Shown here piece after piece: positions 55,701-64,000 of a stretch of DNA of 64,000 nucleotides. The translations under genes were made by a program, and so were the position numbers. This stretch comes from Naegleria gruberi (Eukaryota), in NCBI GenBank assembly GCA_000004985.1, contig GG738927.1; one strand, given 5' to 3'. The notes below the pieces were generated by a model. That model saw only the letters and a list, made by a program, of their open reading frames with translations, was not told the DNA's origin and did not search any database. The stretch's first letter is position 1, and every line of letters begins with the position of its first letter.

Positions 55701-55769
55701 GATTCTGGAAACGAACATAACTTGTATGAAACTAAATTATTACAATCTCAACTCGAAAAAAATAGATAA
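52764..55769 (+). CDS. F-box domain protein, 1001 aa.
   Basis: An N-terminal S-rich leader is followed by an F-box-like segment (LSALPNEIYLHIFSFALDPFSLIGSVASIRHVNKCWFELTE). The remainder is unassigned, with an acidic EDDEEDD patch near the C-terminus. Confidence 0.5.
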   Translation: MEQRPNEEHVLKEASTTCSLLSSSSLSSAFRKVSGGEEGMNLNDSSSSSTSTCNNNHNNCNRRHRHYQEGGLSALPNEIYLHIFSFALDPFSLIGSVASIRHVNKCWFELTESEFFWKEIVIRLLRQKMMVESTEDGVDTQQKEDIEQLNAEYEELSNNYEDFDEFMQELSNRFYKTHEFIDNLIYNTRTSRYSVFYKKNDRFIGWKKYDDVESIEEYDSEEEGDDINVGPNLFDKSKEWIDSCGEEHHTGNVLLQACLEIILGHEMVEHLGMKSCGVFIQQFFSKLFEPAIKMIKTQKEAGTKLNVVELEKTPILNRNLLNFIKENGRCSKLFQQKITNNWNLFDEHYCTIPRQYILFMVEHFSRVKVREGACEMNAVKYICKSLRDCGIKIEDLCFIGDNVMPNFEYTNGLRSMVRSGSGVFLLTHLAVWTENYELLDWALTVKNKEGDVTLYDLVTSTLAEHINADQMDHIDRVIPKDLTVKSYIMAHLSPVEVKTYLLNEAVMMNNVEMVRHLCDKYLCNPFGPWEHKYSSPLQYALMQSMHASLSKHNNEQKIVEIFEKKYGHSDNYKTEIEIAKKLSAQRRVTSETCSLCSCLTSDKTALAYEKKYGGVYKPNIEEENYEHVEMKRNFVLEEETIAPVISLDVPGVPYDGTESDEDDTEECMSIPWLRHYVHNKKRKRAHNDPVIDTIIKEKEIMGPVTDIVSNFESVNEHTDFADDFYIEVKALNRTWDRSKRIKLDEDAPNEKFTTTRDSLCFSKLNFREVVQAELRRQKTDVFLSPHAKMLVQQAAEDFIEHQIYRLNNEMTYGEPSDTQTGRAKTLFTDKFTGTLYFRYQFFRNCEIHDQLSTFAFGKHNLVFEEIVKLLNALIEEEEDDEEDDLDYPCDHLSVNSDDSMLSCTALEFGENHEEGLFRMPKNFMVYTDLENLKYSKSFVGDDGYERILATEIHQNTKHHIVTSSDPKLITSWADNITIHDSGNEHNLYETKLLQSQLEKNR

Positions 55770-56094
55770 TAATTTGTTTTATTCAATAAAATCAATTTAA
55801 GAGCAAAAGTTCAAAATTGTGATATATTACTCTTTTTTGCTGTTGCTAACAATAGTTTCAGTCTATTACTTTTTGTTGTTATGAAAACTGGGAGATTGAA
55901 TAAGTCAAGTTTTTCCAAAACCCAATACCACTCAACAAAATGACAATGATTAGTTTTTTCGTCTTCGATTTGAATTTCCACTAATTTGAAAAAATTTAAG
56001 ATTACTTCCTCAGATATTTGTTCGGCATCAAGCAAAATACTGGTATTTAACTTTAATTTGTCCGCCAAATCATAAATATCAGAGTGAAAATGAG

Positions 56095-57864
56095 CTAACC
56101 GGTACTTAGCAAGGAAGCATATTCATCCATATATACATGTAGCTTGATGTTGTTGAGCAAGTGGTCTATAATTTCTTGAGGTATCAATAACAAACCTGTC
56201 TCAACAAAGTGTTTGATCAAAATATCAGCCAGAAGAAAATGATGATGCATAGCATTCGATAAGGCAAGTATGGTTGCATAAATCTCATCACTGTATTTGC
56301 TTGCCTGAGCTAAATCGACAAATGGTGAAGGAAGTGTTACGTGAGCGGTTATACAGTAATTAATAATATCCTCAATAGGAAGTTTTTCAAGTAATCTCTT
56401 ATCTTGTTTAGCAATTAAATTAGCTGCTTGTAAAAGAAAATCCACATTGTCTTTCAAATTATTTGAGATTGAGTAGGGTAATATTTCTTCAATTTTTTCG
56501 AAGAATTGTAATGATTGTTCCTTGATATTTTCATTCTTGTCAAAACATTTGAAGGCAGCATGAGCCATTCTAATTGTGTATCGAGATGGACTTTTCATTA
56601 CTCTTTCAAATATCTCATCAAAAATATACTTTAAATCTGAGCCATATTCATTCCTAAGCAAAAGGTTTGAGACACATTTAGATGATTCCTCTTGAATTTG
56701 TTCGTTCGTATTATCCAACAATTGAAAAAGAACTGGTATTAAGATCAAAGAAAAGTATGCTGTGAAATTGTTAAACCCCAAAAAATCCAGACATTCCAAT
56801 ATTACATCATCTTCAGCACTAACCATTGTATACGAAAGAACTCTAATTAACTTGGAACCTAAATATAATTTAGAGTCCCCAAACTTGAAAAAAGCTAACA
56901 GTTTTCTTATTCTCATTTTGTTGGAGGTGTTGCTCTGGTTTGAAGAATCATTGTCTAGCACTGAAAGATCGTATGATACCTCCTCAATGAGTTGATCTTT
57001 GCAATGGATAAAGAAACTATTACGCAGAGCAGTTTTTAACGATTTTAACTTTTTAGTATTTTCGACTGGGAAATGTTGGTATGCTATCTTGGCCAAAGTG
57101 TTTTTGAATGTCTTATTAAAAATGTCAAGGGGTATATTGAAAAGTTCGTTGACTAACGTATAATCCATGGCAGTCATTACTATTTGTTTGTCCTCCCAAT
57201 TTCTTTTATCATAATATCGTATAATAAACAGATAGAAGCTGAAATGTTCTGATAGGAAATATTTACGTATCGATTCAGTAAATACGACAAGTAGTCCAAT
57301 TTTCCATTCTGGCATCTTGAGTGATTGTTGAAAAACAATCATGTTATCAGTTGTATTACTTTGAATTGTTCTCCAATCAAAACACTTTCGCATCACCTCA
57401 TCCAAATAATAGAAATGTTTGAAAAAACAATTATTCAAACGCTGTTCAATACTTTCAGCTCCTATCTTTCTAAAAGCTGCAATACCTAACGCCAATAATT
57501 TGTAATTTCTTACCATTTCATCATCATCTTCCAAACTAAAATTTTGCAAATATTCAAATTGAGGGAAACGTTCATCAAGCCAAAATGGTGTTTCTCCTAA
57601 ATGATTGATCTTCATGAATATCCTTTTTAAATGCTCCGAAATGGCACACCAATAATCATAATCATCATTTAATTCATCTTTATCAACTAAATCATTACTA
57701 AGAATTTGTAACAAGCCTTGTTTTAATTTGCTGAACAATTCTTCTATCGGAGCGGTTGGTGTATTGATAATTTTATCCCTAATAAGGGGAACCATCTTTT
57801 CAAAGCTTTTAAGTTTTTCTTCTTCCGATCTTTTCAAACGATCCCGTGCACGATGTGAAGACAT
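56095..57864 (-). CDS. Hypothetical all-helical protein, 589 aa.
   Basis: Long ORF with ATG at 57864. No confident family. The small downstream ORF 55811..56068 could not be joined to it in frame. Confidence 0.4.
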   Translation of the reverse strand: MSSHRARDRLKRSEEEKLKSFEKMVPLIRDKIINTPTAPIEELFSKLKQGLLQILSNDLVDKDELNDDYDYWCAISEHLKRIFMKINHLGETPFWLDERFPQFEYLQNFSLEDDDEMVRNYKLLALGIAAFRKIGAESIEQRLNNCFFKHFYYLDEVMRKCFDWRTIQSNTTDNMIVFQQSLKMPEWKIGLLVVFTESIRKYFLSEHFSFYLFIIRYYDKRNWEDKQIVMTAMDYTLVNELFNIPLDIFNKTFKNTLAKIAYQHFPVENTKKLKSLKTALRNSFFIHCKDQLIEEVSYDLSVLDNDSSNQSNTSNKMRIRKLLAFFKFGDSKLYLGSKLIRVLSYTMVSAEDDVILECLDFLGFNNFTAYFSLILIPVLFQLLDNTNEQIQEESSKCVSNLLLRNEYGSDLKYIFDEIFERVMKSPSRYTIRMAHAAFKCFDKNENIKEQSLQFFEKIEEILPYSISNNLKDNVDFLLQAANLIAKQDKRLLEKLPIEDIINYCITAHVTLPSPFVDLAQASKYSDEIYATILALSNAMHHHFLLADILIKHFVETGLLLIPQEIIDHLLNNIKLHVYMDEYASLLSTG

Positions 57865-57948
57865 TTTTTTGATTTTTTAAAAGATGTACAAAGTTTTTTG
57901 GCGGGGTTTTTTGTTGTTCCAGTGCTTATTGGAAGTTGTATCTTGACT

Positions 57949-59109
57949 TTATTTTTTGAATTGATGAAAGGATGATTGATAAGTATCTACGCGCATTCCT
58001 TTCTGTTTACATGATTCTATCAGTTTTCCAGGTTCAACATACATGCCTGCATAGTGCACACCAGCTGAAATTGTCTTGTTCGATCTGTTTTCCATCATTT
58101 GTTCAAGAACAGAGGCAATGGAAGCTGCTGTCAGGTTGTAGACATGGTCATGATAAATGGATAAGAAATATGAAGCACCTTCATCGTTAAATGCTTCTAC
58201 TTGAACTGCTGCACCGAATGGAGCTTTCACTTTACCAGTTGACCAAGGAAGAAGTTTGGAAAGAGGTTTTACCATGCATGACATATATTTGCCACTCATC
58301 TGAAGGCCAAGCATGATTAAATCTGGCACCATTCCCATTTCTGTAATATAAGCTCCTGTATTTCTCAATGATGGAATGTCCAAACTCTTCATTTCTTCCA
58401 ATTCCAAAGGATAGCACGAGAGTGTCTTGTCACCAATGGATGGAAAGTTGAACTTTCTTGCCATGACACTGTCAGAAGTCCATTTACCATCTATCATGAC
58501 ATTACTTCCAGATTCTTTCATATAATCCACAATATCTTTAATTCCTGAAGTCATCTCCATACCACCTTCTTCTCTTGACATGATGGCAACTGTAGCTCTC
58601 GACATATTTGGTAAATGTTTTGCTGCCTCCCTCACAAGTGGACTTCCCAATCCTGGATACATTCCAGTTTGACAAACAATGGTAATATTCTGTTCCTTAG
58701 CTCTATCATGGAGTGGTTTCAATAATCTTGAAGTGCTTGGTGACATGTGTGGATCAATCCAATCGACACCACATTCAATGGCCAATTCTGCCAATTTCAC
58801 AGTATGTTCATGATCATCCAATGGAGGAATAGTATTCACAACAGCATCATGACCTTGCAATAACTTCCTTATCGAATCATCATCTGAATTCTTCAGACAA
58901 TCTTCCAATTGTATTTCATGTAATTCAATTCTTCCTTCCAAATTACAAATTGATTGTAATTCCTTCATCAAATCATCTCTCAATTTCTCTAATCTTCCTC
59001 GTGTTCTTCCAACAAGTGTTAAGCTAAAACCGGTACTATATTGAAGAATGTATCTGGAAACCTGACGACCAGTTTCTCCTGTTGCTCCGAAAATGCAAAT
59101 TCTCTGCAT
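57949..59109 (-). CDS. Saccharopine dehydrogenase-like NAD(P)-binding oxidoreductase. The true start is probably MQRICIFGATG (ATG 59109); the ORF-track start at 59157 is TTG.
   Basis: The N-terminal Rossmann motif ICIFGATGETGRQV matches the SCCPDH/saccharopine-dehydrogenase-like family (V.IFGASGFTG). Length is about 385 aa. Confidence 0.65.
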   Translation of the reverse strand: MQRICIFGATGETGRQVSRYILQYSTGFSLTLVGRTRGRLEKLRDDLMKELQSICNLEGRIELHEIQLEDCLKNSDDDSIRKLLQGHDAVVNTIPPLDDHEHTVKLAELAIECGVDWIDPHMSPSTSRLLKPLHDRAKEQNITIVCQTGMYPGLGSPLVREAAKHLPNMSRATVAIMSREEGGMEMTSGIKDIVDYMKESGSNVMIDGKWTSDSVMARKFNFPSIGDKTLSCYPLELEEMKSLDIPSLRNTGAYITEMGMVPDLIMLGLQMSGKYMSCMVKPLSKLLPWSTGKVKAPFGAAVQVEAFNDEGASYFLSIYHDHVYNLTAASIASVLEQMMENRSNKTISAGVHYAGMYVEPGKLIESCKQKGMRVDTYQSSFHQFKK

Positions 59110-59951
59110 GGTTGCTAATGGTGAGGGATGTTGATGAATTATTTTCGGTATTATCAATACTAATCATTTTGTTTGTTTGTTTTTTTTGAATAAATTTCAT
59201 CCCATTGAATTGGGCAATCTTTTAAGCTGTTGTTATTAAACAACTTGAGATGGGAATAATTTATTGGCGTGTTGTTGGTTGTTTGTATGTTAGGTGTTAA
59301 GCACAAAATCAGGACATGATAAAGTGGAGGTCCTTAGTAGTACCAATAGTGCGCACGCATTCTTTTTGGCCTTTTCATTTTTTCATCATTTGATGAAATT
59401 GAATAAATATTAATATTTATTGATGATGACCGTTGTTATATTGAACATGGAATATCAGTAAAAGTATTGAATAAAGCGGGTGCAACCTTCTGCGTAATCA
59501 CGTTTTTCTACTAGGAAATTGTGTTTCTGCCATTTTGCTTGTATCTCCCTCATTTGTTGATGATACCGGAAAGAAAATATAGCACTATATAGAGCCTGTG
59601 ATGGTTGTTTAAAGGTGGAATTATGCCAGATGGTGAGATGAAATTATTAAATATATATAAAGTTGGCTCAATCTTCAGCTAATTATCAAAAGATTGTTGT
59701 TTGATTTCTTGTGATGTTTCAAAATAAAGAACTTTAAAACACAAAAAAGTTGTTTGCCAAATTTCTTAAAATCATGTGTGAAGCCAATCTCCAGACGTGG
59801 CATATTGTAAGATTTGATGAAATATTACCTTCAAATATCAAGAAAGAACACTATGTTTTCGTTTTCATTTGTAAAAAACAAAATAATGGAACTTGAGTAG
59901 GAGTTGAATTTTGTAAACTTCCGTTTTCGAATTGTAAACGTTTTAAAAAAA

Positions 59952-61139
59952 ATGCCAATAACATTCCAAGTGACTCAAGTCCATCCTGAAACTGTGAAGG
60001 TAGATGGTGATGCATTTGATCCGAAACAAGTCCTTCCATCTCTTCCGGAAGATAGAAAGTCGACGAAACCGATCACTGATTATTATGACATCAAGCCAAT
60101 TCAGTCAAGCTTTGGAAATTCACCTGTATTTAATATTGGAAGTAATTCGTTTGTGATGAGTGGTGTACAAGCCTATTCGAAACATCATCATTGGGTAATC
60201 AAACCAGATGACGTTTGGATTGCAATTTGCTCTCAATTTTCGAATTATGTAAACGAAAGATCAGAAAAGTTGAGAAGTAAATTCGTTGATTTTGATGGAA
60301 AGAAGGAATTAGTCGTGAAAGGTATTGGAACTTTATATACTGCCAATTATGAAGATCTTTCTATTCGAATGACAAGTGAAATTGCCAAAAATATTAAGGA
60401 TCCAAGTGTAAGAGAATGGGTCATGCCAGATTTCACAACAACTACTCAATCAGATCGAATGGTTGGTGCAGTTGTCTTGATGGCAGCTATGAAAAAGTAT
60501 TTTGATTACAAATTTGAATTGGAATGCAATTTACCAAGTGTTACTTTATTAGGACAAGTTGAAGATTGGATTAAAATTAGAGAAAGAGCTAATCGATTGC
60601 TTGAATTTGATACTGAGGAAGAATGTATGAAGAAATGGTCTCAATATTTATTCCCAGTTTTGGATAAATTTGTGGAATCCATTAAGGGAAATCCAGATAA
60701 GGAATGGTGGAATAGAGTAGCTAACTTTTTAGGAGGAGGTTCAGGACCTTCTTTTATCAGTGGTTGGATTACAACTTTTTGTGTATTTTCAGAAACTGGC
60801 AAATGGTTGGGTGATCAAAAAACAGAAGGTGAGGTTTGGTATGAGGATGAGGATGACAACGAACCAAAGGAAAAAGTAAGAGAAAGGGAATGGCCTGTCA
60901 TTGATGATGAAGAAATACCAAGAGGATATGTCAGTGTTCCAATTACTGTGGATGATAATGGAACAGTTTACAAAACTGAAATGTTTGCAGGACATATTGT
61001 TGCCTCAGTATTGAACCAAAATTCAATTCAACCACGAGTTGACTGGGCACTTTTCTTAAAGAAGGAAGATTATGATAAGGAATATCAATGTGCAAATGAT
61101 GAGGATGATGAGGATAACATGGACGAAAGCATGGACTAG
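59952..61139 (+). CDS. DUF4419-like protein with an acidic C-terminus. The first ATG is at 59952; the ORF-track start at 59904 is non-ATG.
   Basis: The conserved core [24 protein letters not shown] resembles the H.....PDD.W motif of DUF4419 proteins. A-rich Kozak-like context. Confidence 0.4.
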   Translation: MPITFQVTQVHPETVKVDGDAFDPKQVLPSLPEDRKSTKPITDYYDIKPIQSSFGNSPVFNIGSNSFVMSGVQAYSKHHHWVIKPDDVWIAICSQFSNYVNERSEKLRSKFVDFDGKKELVVKGIGTLYTANYEDLSIRMTSEIAKNIKDPSVREWVMPDFTTTTQSDRMVGAVVLMAAMKKYFDYKFELECNLPSVTLLGQVEDWIKIRERANRLLEFDTEEECMKKWSQYLFPVLDKFVESIKGNPDKEWWNRVANFLGGGSGPSFISGWITTFCVFSETGKWLGDQKTEGEVWYEDEDDNEPKEKVREREWPVIDDEEIPRGYVSVPITVDDNGTVYKTEMFAGHIVASVLNQNSIQPRVDWALFLKKEDYDKEYQCANDEDDEDNMDESMD

Positions 61140-61433
61140 TAAATTATTACAAAAAGTTAACACTGACTGTAAACCTGCATTGTAATCAATTAAATACACA
61201 TCTGGAATTTTGTATTTAAAAAGAATTTAAAAACAATGTAATGAAACAAACAAAATTCTATATTTTTTTAGAGGGCTTCTTGGAATTTTATGATTTTCCA
61301 AATATATCCAAGTAGTAAGGCATAATTGCTTTAAAATGTATAGAGCACTGACAGTCAAACATCATTAGATGATTACTAAACTATTATGTAATGCGGAGGA
61401 CAATGATAGAAACAATATTTAAAAAAAAAAAAG

Positions 61434-63544
61434 ATGTTTAACATTCATTGTGTAACGATCATGATAGTGGTGATGATATCACTGATTTGTGTTGTTGCTT
61501 CTGTTGTATCTGCACAACAGAGAATCGATGTCAAGTATTCGATTCAAACTATTGTTGGTACTGGACAAACAAGTTTTAACAGGGATGGATTGACTGGATT
61601 GGCCACCACAATTAATAGCCCTATTGGTTTGTTTTATGAGGAAAGAAGTGGAGACTTGTACTTTGCAGATACTAGTAAGTTTAGTCCATGTTGTTTAGTT
61701 TACATGTCGTTCGAATCCTAAGTGAATCATAGAGTACGAGTATTGAGAAATAATTCAGGATTAATAGAAGCAGTAGCTGGAAACGGAACAGCTGGATACA
61801 CTGGAGAAGGAATTCTTGCTGTCAACTCGACACTTAACAGACCTTACGGTTTGTTTATTTCGAATAACAATGATATTTACATTGCTGGAAACTATGCCAA
61901 TCGAATTCATCTAGTTTCTTCCAAGGACAACAAGCTGTACACATTCGCTGGCACAGGTGTTTCTGGATTCAATGGTGATGGCTTACTTGCCAATCAATCA
62001 AGATTTACACAACCACTAGATATTAAACTGATCAACCAAGATAATCCAAACAACATGCAAATGATCATTGCTGATACATATGGCAGTAGAATTAGAGTGG
62101 TGAACATTTCAACGATGATCACAAAAACACTTTCAACTCTTAGGTAAGTTTCTAACAAAGTTTCGTATGAACATGTTGTTTAGTTATCCTTTTGGAATAG
62201 AATCAGATAGTGATTCTAATGAATTACTCATTGGATGTGCATCACCAAACAGTTATGTTATCCGTTATAATCTCAACACAAATATCATCACAACCGTGAC
62301 AGGTGTCAATGGAAATTCTTCTCACACAGGTGATGGTGGACTAGCTCAATTCGCCACTTTTAACAATGTGAATGGTGTTGCTATTTCCAAACTAAACGGA
62401 GCCATTTATATTGCTGAACCGAATGGTAATACTATTCGAAAGATTTCTAAAAATGGAATAATTACAGCAATTGCTGGAAGTGGGTCATCAGGTTACAATG
62501 GAGATAATCAACAAGATGCCACCAAATCTAATTTAAATGCACCAAGAGTAATTGTTACTACCAAATCTGGAGAAATCTTTTTCACAGATACTAGTAATAA
62601 TAGAATAAGAAAGTTGACAGCTGTTTGTCCAACTGGATATGTTATGGATGCGTTTAAAACTGTGTGTTTGGCAACATGTTATGGAATTGTTTATAATAAT
62701 TCAAATGTTTGTGGTTCGAATGGAAAATGTCAGGCAGTTGACAGTTGTGTTTGTGATAGTGGATATTATGGACTAGATTGTTCGATTCCTGTTTGTTTGA
62801 AGTCTACAAATGGAGAATGTGTAAATGTCACTAGTACACCAGTTATTATTGAAAACATTGAAACAAGTCAATTGTCAAACAAATCAATTTCAATTGGTAG
62901 CTCAGAAAATAACTCTACATCCAATTCGTCCATCTCAATTTCATTCCCTTCAGATTTTTCCAATTATGTTTCTAATCAAACAACTTCCTCATTAATTTCA
63001 CTCTTAACAGCTGTCTCCAAGGGAGGAGAAAATGTGACAACTTCAAACACAACCACTTCTTCAATTGTTTCAGATATTATCACAATTTCACTTGCCTTAA
63101 CAAACGGAGAAAAGATTCAAGTTTCTAAATTAGATAATCCAATTCAAATATTATTCCAAAAGCCATCAACATTTTATGGAAATTTGACATGCATGTATTT
63201 TGATGAATTGGTTAATGAATGGAAATTAGATGGAGTGGAAACTAAGATTGAAGAATGGACTGTAACTTGTCTGACTTCTCATTTGACATCATTTTCAGTA
63301 ATTGACATTAATCTCAAGAAGGAAATTGTTAAGCCAAACAACCCTAAGAATATCTATTAAGATTATTACCGATAGCAACGGAACTACCATAACAACTAGA
63401 ACTGAATCTAATCAACTCTCTGAAGAAGCTATTATCGCCATTTCAGTTTCAATTGCTGGAGCTGCAATTGTGTGTTGTGTTGTTGCAGTTATTGTAATGG
63501 TTGTAATTTGTATGATTAGAAGAAAAGGATCAAACAATAAGTAA
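61434..63544 (+). CDS. Type I membrane protein with NHL repeats (beta-propeller), EGF-like Cys-rich modules, a GPS/GAIN-like motif and a single TM. Structure is join(61434..61674,61723..62143,62184..63297 or 63327,63362..63544).
   Basis: A signal-like N-terminus. NHL motifs: LYFADTxNHRVRVL, IYIAGNYANRIHLV, IADTYGSRIRVVN, IYIAEPNGNTIRKI, IFFTDTSNNRIRKL. The 48-nt and 40-nt GTAAGT introns restore the frame. EGF-like: CGSNGKCQAVDSCVCDSGYYGLDCSIPVC. GPS-like: CMYFDE...W......W.VTCLTSHLTSFSVI. The final short intron (34 or 64 nt) joins onto a TM helix (AIIAISVSIAGAAIVCCVVAVIVMVVICMI) and an RRKGSNNK stop-transfer. Confidence 0.6.
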
Positions 63545-63558
63545 ATTCATATTTCTAA

Positions 63559-64000
63559 TTATTTGTTTTGTTTCACTAAACTATCGAAATCAATTGTCTT
63601 CTTCAATTTCTTTGAAGCGTTTTCAACTATTCTATTATTCTTATTCATTCGTTTGAGGAATTCAGTATTGTATCTCAATGAATAATGTGCAAAACGAAGT
63701 GATTCAATATTGATATCCATTGCTTGAGCAATAAAATCTTCATCACTAATAATTTCGTAAGAGGCTACCTCAAGAGCTGTAACATCGTGCTGTATAGCTC
63801 TCAGAACAATATCTCTATCATTTCTCATTTCAAACAATGCATAACAGAGGGCAGAATAACTTGTTTCATGACTAACCGCGTGCATTACAATTTCCTTATC
63901 GTTTAGGAATTCAGGTACTGCAAATTGAAGTGTGTCTTGATGGTTTTGGGCACATTTTAGAACAACATTTCTGTTATGTATAAACTTAAGAGGTACATAT
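63559..64000 (-). CDS. DUF4116-repeat protein, 3' end only; the gene continues beyond the window edge.
   Basis: It carries the same repeat signature as 6019..7497 (RNDRDIVLRAIQHDVTALEVASYEIISDEDFIAQAMDIN...LRFAHYSLRYNTEF). The reading frame is still open upstream past 63906 in the adjacent minus-strand frames. Confidence 0.5.
   Translation of the reverse strand, partial: YVPLKFIHNRNVVLKCAQNHQDTLQFAVPEFLNDKEIVMHAVSHETSYSALCYALFEMRNDRDIVLRAIQHDVTALEVASYEIISDEDFIAQAMDINIESLRFAHYSLRYNTEFLKRMNKNNRIVENASKKLKKTIDFDSLVKQNK

Noticed and set aside
55811-56068. The 85-aa minus-strand ORF as a terminal exon of the 56095..57864 gene.
   Set aside because: No donor/acceptor pair in 56069-56094 restores the frame. 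The upstream ORF already ends with a stop and the gap is only 26 nt.
1-64000. Possibility that this is a prokaryotic or phage region, with operons and alternative start codons in the ORF track.
   Set aside because: Multiple frame-restoring GTAAGT...AG introns, eukaryote-specific families (G-alpha, RGS, ERCC1, SAPS, F-box, RCC1-BTB), A-rich Kozak contexts, and poly-N/Q tracts. The TTG/GTG starts are an artefact of the ORF caller.

Overview
This is a gene-dense, AT-rich eukaryotic nuclear segment with roughly 35 protein-coding loci in 64 kb on both strands. It is not prokaryotic: I traced many very short spliceosomal introns (about 40-80 nt, mostly GTAAGT...AG; also GTTTGT, GTAGGT, GTATGT, GTGAGT) by following reading-frame continuity and protein-family motifs across ORF breaks. 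Encoded proteins are rich in N/Q/S low-complexity tracts, which suggests an AT-rich protist or early-diverging lineage; I cannot name the organism from sequence alone. The ORF track uses alternative start codons (TTG/GTG read as M), so several listed N-termini are not true starts. I corrected these to the first plausible ATG where I could. I found no rRNA, tRNA, CRISPR or transposon signatures.

Recognisable content:
- a tandemly duplicated head-to-head kinase + small membrane-protein module
- two DUF4116 repeat genes
- an RCC1+BTB (RCBTB-like) gene with a 29-nt micro-exon
- a divergent G-alpha
- a Ly6/uPAR-like GPI protein
- a SAPS-domain PP6 regulatory subunit
- a GNAT-like protein
- a TRF-like Myb protein abutting a large helical-repeat protein across a T8 homopolymer
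- ERCC1 with a long low-complexity N-extension
- a large multi-exon protein that begins with an exact histone H3 N-terminal tail (MARTKQTARK) followed by two KCTD-type BTB domains and an unassigned D-x-D domain
- a DM9-repeat protein
- a divergently oriented pair of bacterial-style sensor/HAMP receptor-like proteins (one with a cyclase-homology domain, one with PAS+RGS)
- an SDR reductase
- a three-domain zf-GRF + UvrD/Rep SF1 helicase + PARP catalytic-domain (H-Y-E) fusion gene, interrupted by a 50-N scaffold gap with duplicated/misassembled flanks
- an F-box protein
- a saccharopine-dehydrogenase-like oxidoreductase
- a DUF4419-like protein
- an NHL-repeat/EGF/GPS single-pass membrane protein

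The most novel candidates are the GRF-UvrD-PARP fusion, the H3-tail-mimic double-BTB protein, and the HAMP-cyclase / HAMP-PAS-RGS receptor pair next to a G-alpha that lacks the catalytic Gln.
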